Source of the DNA: Candidatus Omnitrophota bacterium
Lineage (GTDB): Bacteria; Omnitrophota; Gorgyraeia; B26-G9; JBDRCZ01
DNA: 64,000 bases
NCBI GenBank assembly: GCA_043821285.1
Contig: JBDRCZ010000051.1
Span: 2,199-66,198 of the forward strand
Reading direction: 5' to 3'
Shown here in pieces: positions 28,955-38,873 of the stretch. The translations under genes were made by a program, and so were the position numbers. A model generated the notes under the pieces. That model ran no database searches and had not been told where the DNA came from. It was given only the letters and a program-made list of their open reading frames with translations. Every line of letters begins with the position of its first letter. Position 1 is the first letter of the stretch.

Positions 28955-30227
28955 AGGTATTGGTCTACATACCGGTAAAAAAGTAAAAGTTAAATTTAGA
29001 CCAGCTCCTGTTGGTGAGGGGATAGTGTTTATTCGCGTTGACCTTACTAATAAACCACAAGTTCCTGCCAGTATATCACATGTAATTGATGAAACCAAAC
29101 GTTCCCGCCGTACCTCCGTAGGAATAAATTCAGTAGAGGTTCATACGATTGAGCATTTAATGGCCGCGTTATGCGGATCATGGATTGATAATATTTATAT
29201 AGAAATCAGCGGGGAAGAATTACCCGGTTATGATGGGAGTGCCTGGGCGTTTTATCAGGCAATAAAAGAAGCCGGGATTAAGGAGCAATCCGCGTCAAAG
29301 AAAATATTTAAAATAAAAGAGCCGATTTGGATGGAGGAAGATGATGCATCGATTATAATTTTACCCGGGAAGGAATTTCAGGTTTCGTATACTTTGAACT
29401 ATGAGCATCAATTTTTAAGATCACAATACGCCAATATTATATTTAATAACGATGTTTTTGAACGGGAGATTGCTTCAAGCCGGACATTTTGCATGGAAAA
29501 TGAAATAGAGAGATTACGTGCTCAGGGGTTAGGCAAAGGGGCAGATTATAACAATACGATTGTGGTAACAAAAGATGGTATTTTGGGTAAACTAAGATTT
29601 CCCGATGAATTTGTTCGGCATAAAATTTCCGACTTAATGGGTGATCTATATCTTTTAGGCTGTATGATTGAAGGGCATGTAATTGCCATAAAAAGCGGAC
29701 ATTCTCTTAATATAAAATTATTACATAAAATAAAGGCACAACTTGACAGATATGACCGGCAGGCCGTCAATCGAAGGGGTAGTTTGACGGCAGCCACTTC
29801 TTCTTTGGATATTACCTCAATACAGAAGATTCTGCCGCACCGCTATCCATTTTTATTAGTAGACCGGATATTAGAACTGGAAGACAGATACGCCGCAGGC
29901 ATTAAAAATGTGACGATTAATGAACAATTTTTTAATGGGCATTTTCCCGCGTATCCGGTGATGCCTGGTGTTTTAATCATTGAAGCAATGGCTCAGGTCG
30001 CGGGAGTTTTAATGCTCAGCCGTCAGGAAAATTTAGGCAAACTCGCTTATTTTATGAGCATGGATAAAGTAAAATTCAGAAAAAGAGTTGTGCCGGGAGA
30101 CCAGTTATTGATCAAAGTAACTGTGGGCAAAGTGCGCTCCCGTGTATTACAGGTTGAGGCAAAGGCATTTGTTGACGGCAGGGTGGTTACCGAAGCAGAT
30201 TTAATGTTTTCTTTAGGTCAGGCATAG
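28911..30227 (+). CDS. lpxC: Bifunctional LpxC deacetylase / FabZ dehydratase
   Basis: [25 protein letters not shown] (LpxC); [29 protein letters not shown] (FabZ). Confidence 0.95.
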   Translation: MVNQQTIKEEVSLPEGIGLHTGKKVKVKFRPAPVGEGIVFIRVDLTNKPQVPASISHVIDETKRSRRTSVGINSVEVHTIEHLMAALCGSWIDNIYIEISGEELPGYDGSAWAFYQAIKEAGIKEQSASKKIFKIKEPIWMEEDDASIIILPGKEFQVSYTLNYEHQFLRSQYANIIFNNDVFEREIASSRTFCMENEIERLRAQGLGKGADYNNTIVVTKDGILGKLRFPDEFVRHKISDLMGDLYLLGCMIEGHVIAIKSGHSLNIKLLHKIKAQLDRYDRQAVNRRGSLTAATSSLDITSIQKILPHRYPFLLVDRILELEDRYAAGIKNVTINEQFFNGHFPAYPVMPGVLIIEAMAQVAGVLMLSRQENLGKLAYFMSMDKVKFRKRVVPGDQLLIKVTVGKVRSRVLQVEAKAFVDGRVVTEADLMFSLGQA

Positions 30228-30251
30228 TTTTAACCTATAGAATTTTTTTTA

Positions 30252-30319
30252 TTTGGTCCACCGTTTCTTTTTTTAAAAGAAAAGGTAAGTGCTAAATTAG
30301 TGCCGAAGGCAATAATTTA
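30252..30319 (+). repeat. CC.TTTC/GAAAAGG hairpin plus TAAATTAGTGCC-GAA-GGCAATAATTTA hairpin upstream of lpxA
   Basis: Nearly identical to the hairpin abutting the glmU start. Confidence 0.7.
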
Positions 30320-30320
30320 T

Positions 30321-31145
30321 ATGAAAATACATAAAACAGCAATAATTCATCCCGGGGCACATTTGGAAGACAATGTTGAGGTTGGCCCGTATACGGTTAT
30401 TGGTACGGGTGTGAAGATTAGCAAAAATACCAAAATTTTCGCTAACTGTGTTATTGAAGGCGATACAACTATTGGCGAAAACTGCCAGATTTTTTCCGGC
30501 GCGGTAATCGGGAGTATCCCGCAAGATTTGAAATACAGCGGCGAAGAGACTAAAGTTGTTATGGGCAATAATAATATTATTCGTGAATATGTGACAATAA
30601 ATTTAGGGACGAAAGAAAAAGGGATTACCGAGATCGGAGACAACAATCTGCTGATGGCTTATGCGCATATTGCACATGACTGTACCGTAGGCTCAGAGGT
30701 GGTTATTGCAAACTGCGGCACCTTAGCAGGGCATGTACATATCGATGATGGGGTAATTATTGGCGGGCTGGTGGCAATTCATCAATTTGTTCATGTGGGG
30801 AAACTGGCGATAATTGGGGGATGCTCTAAGGTTGTTCAGGACATCCCGCCGTATGTTATGGCCGATGGTCACCCGGCCCAGGTATATGGATTAAATACGT
30901 TGGGACTTAAGAGAGTAGGGGTTAGTCAACTTGTGCGTCAGAGCATAAAAACTGCGGTGCGTGTCCTATTTTCTTCTGGTTTGGTGACCAGGGCTTCAAT
31001 TGATAAACTTGAGAAATTATTATCTGCGCAGCCGTCGGTAGAAGAAATACGTTATCTAATAGAATTTGTTAAAAATTCAAAAAGAGGTTTGTGCAAGTCA
31101 TCATGGTCGAAGAAAAATCTCTACCGGGGCAAACTATCGGCTTAA
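30321..31145 (+). CDS. lpxA: Acyl-ACP--UDP-GlcNAc O-acyltransferase
   Basis: IHKTAII, PQDLKY, IREYVTI, HIAHDC, HQF, QDIPPY. Confidence 0.97.
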   Translation: MKIHKTAIIHPGAHLEDNVEVGPYTVIGTGVKISKNTKIFANCVIEGDTTIGENCQIFSGAVIGSIPQDLKYSGEETKVVMGNNNIIREYVTINLGTKEKGITEIGDNNLLMAYAHIAHDCTVGSEVVIANCGTLAGHVHIDDGVIIGGLVAIHQFVHVGKLAIIGGCSKVVQDIPPYVMADGHPAQVYGLNTLGLKRVGVSQLVRQSIKTAVRVLFSSGLVTRASIDKLEKLLSAQPSVEEIRYLIEFVKNSKRGLCKSSWSKKNLYRGKLSA

Positions 31146-31924
31146 TTGCCGGTAATGGCCGCTTACCGTTATTATTTATTAAGAGCGCGAAAGAGCGGAA
31201 TTATAAAGTTATTGCAGTTGCCTTTTATCAAGAAACAAGCCGCCGGGTGGCGCAGTTAGCAGATAAAGTTTGCTGGATAAATGTGGGCGAGCTTTCCCGC
31301 CTTGCGGAAATTTTTCAAAAAGAAAATATTAAACATGCTGTGATGATCGGACAAATCAGGCATACGTTTCTTTTGCGCAGATTAGCCATAGATGATGAAT
31401 TAACGAATTTATTGGGACAGGTAAAAGATAAAAAAACCGATACCCTCTTAGGAAAAATTGCCGAATGGCTGGAAAATAAAGGCATAATCCTTATTAATTC
31501 AACAACATTTTTGAGTGAATATATGCCCGGAGCGGGAGTACGGACGAAAATTCCCCCGGCTACCGGTGAATGGGAAGACATCAGATTTGGCGTGGATACG
31601 GCGAAGTATTTAGGAGCTGCTGATATTGGACAGACGGTTGTGGTGAAAGATAAGATCGTACTTGCGGTTGAAGCTATTGAAGGTACGGATCAAACGATTA
31701 GACGCGGGGGGAGACTGGCGCGCGGTAGCGTTGTGGTTAAGACCAGCAAACCAGAGCAGGATTTTCGGTTTGATGTTCCGGTAATCGGGCCGCGTACAAT
31801 AACTAATCTTACCAGGGTAAAAGCGAAAATTTTGGCTTATGAAGCAGGCAAGACTTTAATAATTGATGAGCCGGCCTGCGTAAAATTAGCAAATCGTCAT
31901 AATATTTGTATTGTGGGAGTGTAG
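31103..31924 (+). CDS. lpxI: UDP-2,3-diacylglucosamine diphosphatase
   Basis: IGLIAG.G.LP, DIGQTVVV...AVEAIEGTD.TI.RG, QD.RFDVPVIG. Confidence 0.93.
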   Translation: MVEEKSLPGQTIGLIAGNGRLPLLFIKSAKERNYKVIAVAFYQETSRRVAQLADKVCWINVGELSRLAEIFQKENIKHAVMIGQIRHTFLLRRLAIDDELTNLLGQVKDKKTDTLLGKIAEWLENKGIILINSTTFLSEYMPGAGVRTKIPPATGEWEDIRFGVDTAKYLGAADIGQTVVVKDKIVLAVEAIEGTDQTIRRGGRLARGSVVVKTSKPEQDFRFDVPVIGPRTITNLTRVKAKILAYEAGKTLIIDEPACVKLANRHNICIVGV

Positions 31925-31991
31925 GAAATAAATGACAAATATCAAAAGACAAAAGCCAGGATTTATATTAAAAAAAATAAAGGAGCAGAGA

Positions 31992-32711
31992 GTGGAAAAG
32001 ATTAAAGAGAATATTATAAACTGGATAAAACAACAGGTTGTTCAGGCAAAGGCGCGGGGTGTTGTCTTGGGATTAAGCGGCGGGGTAGACTCTGCGGTTT
32101 GTGCGGCTTTGGTTAAAGATGTCTGTGAAAAAAATCACCAGGCATTAATCTTACCGTGTGAGAGTATAGAAAATGATATTAAAGATGCAAAACTTGTTGC
32201 GGATGTTTTAAAGCTTAATATGCAGCTAATGGATTTAACCGCGGTATATACTAAACTGTTGGAAATTTTGCCAAAGGGTAATCTGGTTGCGCAAGGCAAT
32301 CTTAAGGCCAGGCTGCGGATGACGACCCTGTATTATTTTGCCAACAGCCGCAATTTTTTAGTCTGCGGTACAGGAAATCGAACAGAACTATTGCTGGGGT
32401 ATTTTACGAAATACGGTGATGGCGGAGCGGATATTTTACCAATTGGTGACTTATTCAAGCATGAAGTTCGGCAGTTGGCAGAGAGCGTTGGTATCCCAAA
32501 AAAGATAATTAAAAAGAGACCAAGTGCCGGACTTTGGCCGGGACAGACCGATGAGCAAGAATTGGGATTAAGCTATAGAGAGCTGGATGATATTTTAAGT
32601 AATCTTTATCACCCAAAACATATCTCCAAAAAATTTAAAAAGGTTAAGGGGTTAATAGATAAATCATTACATAAAAGGCAGGGAGCAAAAATATTTTATT
32701 GTAAAGAGTGA
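31992..32711 (+). CDS. nadE: NH3-dependent NAD+ synthetase
   Basis: GLSGGVDS, GNLKARLRM, GYFTKYGDG, PSAGLW.GQTDE. GTG at 31992 follows AAGGAG; ATG at 31932 is an alternative start. Confidence 0.95.
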   Translation: MEKIKENIINWIKQQVVQAKARGVVLGLSGGVDSAVCAALVKDVCEKNHQALILPCESIENDIKDAKLVADVLKLNMQLMDLTAVYTKLLEILPKGNLVAQGNLKARLRMTTLYYFANSRNFLVCGTGNRTELLLGYFTKYGDGGADILPIGDLFKHEVRQLAESVGIPKKIIKKRPSAGLWPGQTDEQELGLSYRELDDILSNLYHPKHISKKFKKVKGLIDKSLHKRQGAKIFYCKE

Positions 32712-32712
32712 A

Positions 32713-32748
32713 TAAATCTTCCCCTCCGCTTGCCGAGGGGAAAATTTA
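32713..32748 (+). repeat. Family B first hairpin (possible terminator for nadE)
   Basis: AAATCTTCCCCTCCGCTTGCCGAGGGGAAAATTT, similar to 40133. Confidence 0.6.
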
Positions 32749-32763
32749 TTATAATTTTTTTTA

Positions 32764-32792
32764 TTGACAACAATCATATTATATGTTACGCT
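32764..32792 (+). promoter_or_regulatory. Sigma70-type promoter for the pil operon
   Basis: TTGACA-17 nt-TACGCT with extended -10 TG. Confidence 0.55.
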
Positions 32793-32905
32793 CGAAAATG
32801 GGAAATAATGTTTAACCATCTAAACTTAAAGGGCTTAAATTATAAACTAAAAATATTTTAAAAAGAAATTAAATGCCTGCGTTATAGAGAAAAAATGAGG
32901 AAGAG

Positions 32906-34510
32906 ATGCTGGGATTAGGAAATTGTCCGACACTTTATATTGGCTTGGAGTCTTTGCAGTTAATTCAAGTGCAGGGAGCAGGGGCTAATATTAAGATAGC
33001 TAATTTAGCGCATGTTGACATCTTCTCCGATAATGCTCGTCCTTCAGAAGAAGCGATACGTAATGAATTGATCGTTTCTGCCATTCAAAAAGCTATCCGT
33101 AAATGTAAATTGAACATAAAAGAAGTCTATACCGTTCTACCGCATGGAGCAGTACTCGCGCGTTTTTTTGCAATGCCCAAGCTGCCTAAAGAGGAATGGG
33201 ATAGTGCTATTCGTTTTGAATCTAAAAAATATATACCATTTAGGTTAGAAGAAATAATTGCTGATTATGTTGTAGTTCATGATCCAAAGCAAAAGAAGAT
33301 AAAAGTAGTTTATGTGGCGGCAAAGATTGAAACGATAAAACGCCACATTGCCTTACTGGCCAAGGCGGGACTTCGTCCGAGAAAAATCGACATTATTCCC
33401 TTTGCCTTGATTAGAGCGTTTAAGCAGATGGGAGTTATCGATAATAAGGATAGTTATGCCATTATTGACATTAATCCGGGGATGGCCACAGTTGTGATTA
33501 TCTCTGAAGACATTCCCTACTTTATACGGGATATTTCGTTATCACAGGCAGAAGAATGGATTGATGATGCAGCGGCGCAGACAATATTTGAACAGGGAGT
33601 GGCATCCGTAGATGAGCGGGTTAAAATGCAGGAGAGTCTGGTGAGTGAATTGCGCCTTTCTTTTGATTATTATCAAAAGGAGTTGAATAATAAACCGATT
33701 ACGAAAATCGTGCTCTGCGGCGAGACAAACATATTTGATAAAATTGATGATTTGCTGTTTGAGCGGCTGAACACTCCGGTGGTTATACCAGATGTGGTTA
33801 AATATCTCGAAGGGACAAAGATAAAATTGCAGCCACGGTTTAATTCGATTATGCCAATCAGTTTTGGGGCCGCGTTAAACAAAATCGTTAGATCAAAGAT
33901 TACGGTGGACATGTTCAAGGTAAAAGAAGTTGTTCAGGTTAAAAAGAAGGTCTTCATGCGTAAACTGATATTTACAGAAATAATGACCGCGCTTATTTGC
34001 CTTTCACTTTTATTTCTGGTGATGAATGCAACCATTATCAAAGAACGAAGTATTTTCAGTAACATTGAGGCCCAGCGTCCAAACCTGGCGATTATAGAGA
34101 CGGATCTCAGCAAAAAACAATTAGAGGATACCAAAGAAGAATTAGGGGGACGGTTGAGGCTGTATCGTAAAATTGTCAAGGAAAGGCAGACTTGGACGAA
34201 GAAGTTAAACAGCCTGACGAAAATGCTGCCAGATTCTGTCTGGCTTACATCTATTGCCGGGCAGGATATCATTACCAAAAGCGGTATATCGAATAAAGAT
34301 CTTGTGCTTTCCGGAGTTGTTTATACAAGGAAAATGGGTGAGGAAACGAATATCATCAATAAACTAATCGCCGACTTTAAGCAGGATGAGGATTTTTATG
34401 AAGGATTTTCGATGCTTAATTTGACTTCAACAGAAAGTATGCGGGTGTTGGAATACGACGTTATGAAGTTTGAGATCTTGTGTTCAGCACAATTGGAGAA
34501 GACAGAGTAA
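32906..34510 (+). CDS. pilM: Type IV pilus assembly protein, PilM-PilN fusion
   Basis: PilM features (AIRFE..KYIPF, DI..FAL, RLSFDYY, LCG), then a TM helix and a PilN-like LP..VWLTSI domain. Confidence 0.85.
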   Translation: MLGLGNCPTLYIGLESLQLIQVQGAGANIKIANLAHVDIFSDNARPSEEAIRNELIVSAIQKAIRKCKLNIKEVYTVLPHGAVLARFFAMPKLPKEEWDSAIRFESKKYIPFRLEEIIADYVVVHDPKQKKIKVVYVAAKIETIKRHIALLAKAGLRPRKIDIIPFALIRAFKQMGVIDNKDSYAIIDINPGMATVVIISEDIPYFIRDISLSQAEEWIDDAAAQTIFEQGVASVDERVKMQESLVSELRLSFDYYQKELNNKPITKIVLCGETNIFDKIDDLLFERLNTPVVIPDVVKYLEGTKIKLQPRFNSIMPISFGAALNKIVRSKITVDMFKVKEVVQVKKKVFMRKLIFTEIMTALICLSLLFLVMNATIIKERSIFSNIEAQRPNLAIIETDLSKKQLEDTKEELGGRLRLYRKIVKERQTWTKKLNSLTKMLPDSVWLTSIAGQDIITKSGISNKDLVLSGVVYTRKMGEETNIINKLIADFKQDEDFYEGFSMLNLTSTESMRVLEYDVMKFEILCSAQLEKTE

Positions 34511-34512
34511 CT

Positions 34513-35064
34513 ATGCCAAAACAACAGCTGTCTCAGGAATTTGATCAAATCAGTATTATTAGTATAATTATCGTAATTATCGGAATTCTTTTTGGCGGGT
34601 ATATTATCTATACCAACCGTATTGCAGAAATACAAAATCTACGTAATGCGCAAGAGAAGGAGAGATTACGTAATCATGTAGGTAAATTACAGGAGGCATA
34701 TGACCGCTGTCAGCAAAATTTACCCGAGGTGAAAGAGACGGCCTGGCTTTTAGGCAGAGTGGCAAAAATCGCCAACGAAAACAGAATAAAACTTGAGGCA
34801 ATTAAACCAAAACCCATGCTGCGTGAAAAAGATTATCTTAAATTCTCAATCGAGCTGGATATAAAATGTACTTATCACGAATTGGGCAGTTTTATCAGCC
34901 GTTTAGAAAGTCATAAGAAATTTATCCGCGTAGATAAGTTAGCGGTTAACGTGATTAAAGAAAAACCATCGGAAGCAGATGAAAAAAAAGACACATCTCC
35001 GCTGGCTGATGTTTTGCTTGAAGTTAGCACTTTTGTTTTTAACCGGTTGAAGGTAACGTTATGA
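34513..35064 (+). CDS. pilO: Type IV pilus assembly protein PilO
   Basis: TM helix, coiled coil, LP, C.YHELGSFISRLE. Confidence 0.85.
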   Translation: MPKQQLSQEFDQISIISIIIVIIGILFGGYIIYTNRIAEIQNLRNAQEKERLRNHVGKLQEAYDRCQQNLPEVKETAWLLGRVAKIANENRIKLEAIKPKPMLREKDYLKFSIELDIKCTYHELGSFISRLESHKKFIRVDKLAVNVIKEKPSEADEKKDTSPLADVLLEVSTFVFNRLKVTL

Positions 35065-35555
35065 CAAAATCAGATATTTTCATAACCACACCCGTACGCG
35101 TATCCTTGGCAGCTTCCATCTGCCAAAACGGATTAGTGGAAAATATAAAACTTATCCAAAACTGGCGATGGCAGAAGTTCATAGTTTTTATGATGATAAG
35201 TATTCTTGCAATAAATGCCTGGGCAGAAGTGGATAAAATCGGGGATGAGACTGAGGAAATTGATGAGATTCCCACGATCGAATATATTGGCCGAAGCCGT
35301 CGCGATCCACTGAAAAGTCCAATAAAAATAAAAGACCTTGACAATCCCCAGCCGTCGCCGGAAACAATTGTCCTGCCGAAATTGCAGCTTCAGGGACTGC
35401 TGAGTGGTGCGCAGACGCCGGCCGCAATAATAAATAATCAGATTATCAGGGTTGGCAATTTAATAATGGAAGCAGAAATTATAGAAATTACGAATAATGG
35501 AGTAAAATTATTATATAAAGGTAAGGAATTTTTTATCGAAAAAGAACATTTGTAA
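35061..35555 (+). CDS. PilP-like pilus assembly protein (true start may be later)
   Basis: RDPL motif, L.LQG....AIINN.I..VG..I....I.EI....V.L. Position in the operon. Confidence 0.65.
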   Translation: MTKSDIFITTPVRVSLAASICQNGLVENIKLIQNWRWQKFIVFMMISILAINAWAEVDKIGDETEEIDEIPTIEYIGRSRRDPLKSPIKIKDLDNPQPSPETIVLPKLQLQGLLSGAQTPAAIINNQIIRVGNLIMEAEIIEITNNGVKLLYKGKEFFIEKEHL

Positions 35556-35577
35556 AATTAACAAGAGGAGAGAGAAA

Positions 35578-37167
35578 ATGCAAAAGTATAAATGGATTAT
35601 AGCTTATATACTCATTATCTTATTTATGAACAGTTTGAGTTTTAGCCAGACGGTTACTCCTTTGAAAGATGACCTGGATGAAGATGTTTCCCTGCCAGCG
35701 GTATCTGCTAATAAAATTTCCCTGGACTTTAAAGATGCAAATATTATTGATGTGTTGAGATTGCTTTCTCAGGAAGCAGGTATTAGTTTTGTTCCGACTA
35801 AGGATGTCGAAGATAAGGAAGTAACATTGATTATGGAAAACGTTACGGTTGAAGAAGCAATTGCCGCGCTGATGAGTGCCAATGACCTGATTTTTGAAAA
35901 GACAAAGGGTAACATAAATATTATTAGAAAAAGCGGTGCCCCGGAAATAAAAACTGAAACTAAGATATATACCTTGAATTATGTCCGGATTGGAGAGGCA
36001 GCCAGTGGGAGTAAAGACAAGCGGGTCGGGGATGAGAAAGGTGGAATATTTGAAATAATGAAGAAAATACTGACGTCTTACGGTTCAGTGGTGGCAGATG
36101 CCAGAACGAACAGTATAATTATTACGGATATATCTACGCGTTTCGAACTAATTGAAGAAGTCCTGGCGCGTTTGGATACGCCAACACCACAGGTGGTAAT
36201 CGAGGTGGAGGTGATTGAGACAACGGCCGGATTAGTTGATGACTTAGGTTTTAAATGGGGTGGGGTGACCGGAACGATATTATCGGCAACTCCAGCAATA
36301 AGGCCATCACCATTTCCTTTTAAAAAGGTTGGGGTCCCGACTAGTTATGGAGTGGAATATAAGGAAAACACCTTTACTTTTGGCACATTGTCCGCATCAG
36401 CATTTGAGACGACTTTAAATATGATTAGACAGGATACCTCTACAAGATTTCTTGCACGGCCAAAAATTATGGTATTGAATAATGAATCTGCAGAGATTAA
36501 GATTGTTGCGGATCAGGCTATTGGCCGGGAGATAACCACGGATCCTGATTCTAATCTTGTAACCATTACATATGAACGGGCAGAGATTGGCACAACTTTA
36601 AAAGTTACGCCGCTGGTAAATAATATAAATATGATTACGTTAAAGATCGAACCGGAAGTGAGCAGGGCAGTTGATTCACCAGTTTTTTCTGAGGTTATTG
36701 ATAAACATTCCCGTAAGGCAGATACCGTGGTTATGTTAAAAGACGGAGAGACGGTTGTCTTGGGAGGATTTATTACGACTGAAGATAGCGGAGCAGAGCG
36801 GAATTTACCAGGACTCTCCAGCCTGCCATTTATCGGCGCATTGTTTAAACATAATAGAAAATCCAGAACAGACAAAGAACTGCTTGTATTTTTAACTCCC
36901 CATGTTGTAAAACAGTTAGAAACTGTAGTCCTGCCGGTTGAGCAGAGGGAAGAAATAGCCGAACAGCCGCAGCGAGAGGAGGTTACAAAAAAGACATCTA
37001 AAGAAATAAAAGTGATAAAAGAATCAGAGCGGATAGAAGGACAAAGCGCCTCAAAGCCAAAGGCTCTTCAGCCGAGTGCTAAACCAATAGCATTACAACC
37101 GCAGGAAAAATTTTCCTCGAAAAAAGATACCCCAAAAGTTGAAAATACTTTTATAAGAGAACAATGA
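35578..37167 (+). CDS. pilQ: Secretin (PilQ/GspD family)
   Basis: ISLDFKDA, D.RTNSIII.D, QV.IE, L.VTP, DGET.VLGG, P.L..LP.IG.LF, ELLVFLTP. Confidence 0.9.
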   Translation: MQKYKWIIAYILIILFMNSLSFSQTVTPLKDDLDEDVSLPAVSANKISLDFKDANIIDVLRLLSQEAGISFVPTKDVEDKEVTLIMENVTVEEAIAALMSANDLIFEKTKGNINIIRKSGAPEIKTETKIYTLNYVRIGEAASGSKDKRVGDEKGGIFEIMKKILTSYGSVVADARTNSIIITDISTRFELIEEVLARLDTPTPQVVIEVEVIETTAGLVDDLGFKWGGVTGTILSATPAIRPSPFPFKKVGVPTSYGVEYKENTFTFGTLSASAFETTLNMIRQDTSTRFLARPKIMVLNNESAEIKIVADQAIGREITTDPDSNLVTITYERAEIGTTLKVTPLVNNINMITLKIEPEVSRAVDSPVFSEVIDKHSRKADTVVMLKDGETVVLGGFITTEDSGAERNLPGLSSLPFIGALFKHNRKSRTDKELLVFLTPHVVKQLETVVLPVEQREEIAEQPQREEVTKKTSKEIKVIKESERIEGQSASKPKALQPSAKPIALQPQEKFSSKKDTPKVENTFIREQ

Positions 37168-38867
37168 TAAAATCAAACCTAAAATTAGGTGAAATATTAA
37201 TAAAACAGAGATTAATTACCAAGGAACAGCTTCAAGCGGCATTAGAGGTTCAAAAGAGAGAAAAATGCCGCTTAGGCGAAGCATTGGTAAAGACCGGGGT
37301 TGTCAGTGAAGAAAACATAGCTATGGCGCTGTCTAAGCAGTTAGGAATTATTTATGCTTCTTTAGAAAAGGGGCTGCTGCGGCCGAGTTTATTTCAGGAT
37401 TTAGATAAAATAATTCCCGAAGAATTTGCCCGGCTAAATAAGGTCATGCCGCTTTCCCATCATCTTAACTCTTTAACCATTGCCTGTGTAGATCCGTTGG
37501 ATTTAATCCTTATTGATAATATTACAAAGATGACTGGTTGTGATATTCATGTTGCGGTCAGTACGCCAGGCGAGATAACCGAGGCAATTGACCGTTTTTA
37601 CGGCAAGCAGGATTTATTAAAAAAGGCAATCGACGGCACATATTCGATTGAGGATGACACGGAAAGAAGTGAGACCGAGAAGAGAGATTTAGATAATTTA
37701 ATTGCCCAGGCAGAAGAAGCGCCGGTAATAAAACTTGTGGATTTAATTCTTCGACAGGCAATTGATGACCGGGCCAGTGATGTTCATGTAGAAAAGTTTG
37801 AAACGCGAGTGAGCATCCGCTACCGAATAGACGGCATATTATATGAAATTGCTCCCCCGGCACATCAATTATACCTGCCGATTGTTTCCCGGATTAAAAT
37901 AATTTCAAAAATGGATATTGCTGAACGCCGGCTGCCGCAAGACGGCGGGTTGAGTATTAAAGCCGGCAGCCGGCACCTGGATCTACGGGCATCGAGTATC
38001 CCTACGGTTTATGGCGAAAAGATCGTGCTTCGAATTTTGGATAAATCATCTTTGCCTACGAGTTTAGACATTTTAGGATTTTTACCGCATGAGCTTGAAA
38101 TCTTAAGGCAGGAAGTTGTCAAGCCCCATGGTATGGTTTTAACTACCGGTCCGACAGGTAGTGGAAAAACAACAACGTTATATGCGATTTTAAATACCAT
38201 AAAAACTCCGAAAAAGAATATTTTGACAGTTGAAGATCCGGTGGAATACAAGTTAGATGGGGTAAATCAGGTGTTGGTAAGACCGGAAATCGGTTTGAAA
38301 TTTTCAAGTGTTCTACGTGCATTTTTACGCCAGGATCCGGATATTATATTAGTTGGTGAAGTCAGAGATTTGGAGACGGTACAAATATGTTTGCGTGCCG
38401 CTTTAACCGGACATCTGGTGCTTAGCACACTACATACTAATGATGCGGCGGGAGCAGTTGTACGTTTGATGGATATGGGGGTTGAGCCGTTTTTGATCGG
38501 TTCCTGTATAAATCTAATCATGGCACAGCGTCTGGTGCGGAGAATTTGTCCTAAATGTAGAGTCGAATGTAAGGCACCGTTTGATGTTCCGCATTACGGC
38601 AAAATAACTCAGCCGATATTCGAGGCCAGGGGATGCAATGAGTGCCGTTTTATCGGATATAAGGGAAGAGTGGGGATTTATGAGTTATTGAGGTTAACAC
38701 CACGGATACGGAGTTTGATTCACCGCCGGGCAACAACAGATGAAATAAGAAAAGCCGCAATTGATGAAGGAATGACAACATTGTTCCAGGCGGGGATGGA
38801 AAAGGTTATCAGCGGATTGACCACGCTGGAAGAGATAATGTCAGTTACCACGATAGAGGAGGATTAA
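37164..38867 (+). CDS. pilB: Pilus assembly ATPase PilB/GspE with MshEN-type N-terminus
   Basis: KLGEIL...QL..AL..Q...RLGE.LV; GPTGSGKTTTLY; EDPVE; LRQDPD; TGHLV.STLH; two CxxC. Confidence 0.95.
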   Translation: MIKSNLKLGEILIKQRLITKEQLQAALEVQKREKCRLGEALVKTGVVSEENIAMALSKQLGIIYASLEKGLLRPSLFQDLDKIIPEEFARLNKVMPLSHHLNSLTIACVDPLDLILIDNITKMTGCDIHVAVSTPGEITEAIDRFYGKQDLLKKAIDGTYSIEDDTERSETEKRDLDNLIAQAEEAPVIKLVDLILRQAIDDRASDVHVEKFETRVSIRYRIDGILYEIAPPAHQLYLPIVSRIKIISKMDIAERRLPQDGGLSIKAGSRHLDLRASSIPTVYGEKIVLRILDKSSLPTSLDILGFLPHELEILRQEVVKPHGMVLTTGPTGSGKTTTLYAILNTIKTPKKNILTVEDPVEYKLDGVNQVLVRPEIGLKFSSVLRAFLRQDPDIILVGEVRDLETVQICLRAALTGHLVLSTLHTNDAAGAVVRLMDMGVEPFLIGSCINLIMAQRLVRRICPKCRVECKAPFDVPHYGKITQPIFEARGCNECRFIGYKGRVGIYELLRLTPRIRSLIHRRATTDEIRKAAIDEGMTTLFQAGMEKVISGLTTLEEIMSVTTIEED

Positions 38868-38873
38868 TCTTTA

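Noticed and set aside
28911-34510. LpxC-FabZ and PilM-PilN fusions as novelties
   Set aside because: Both fusions are already known from other lineages, so they are recorded as features only.
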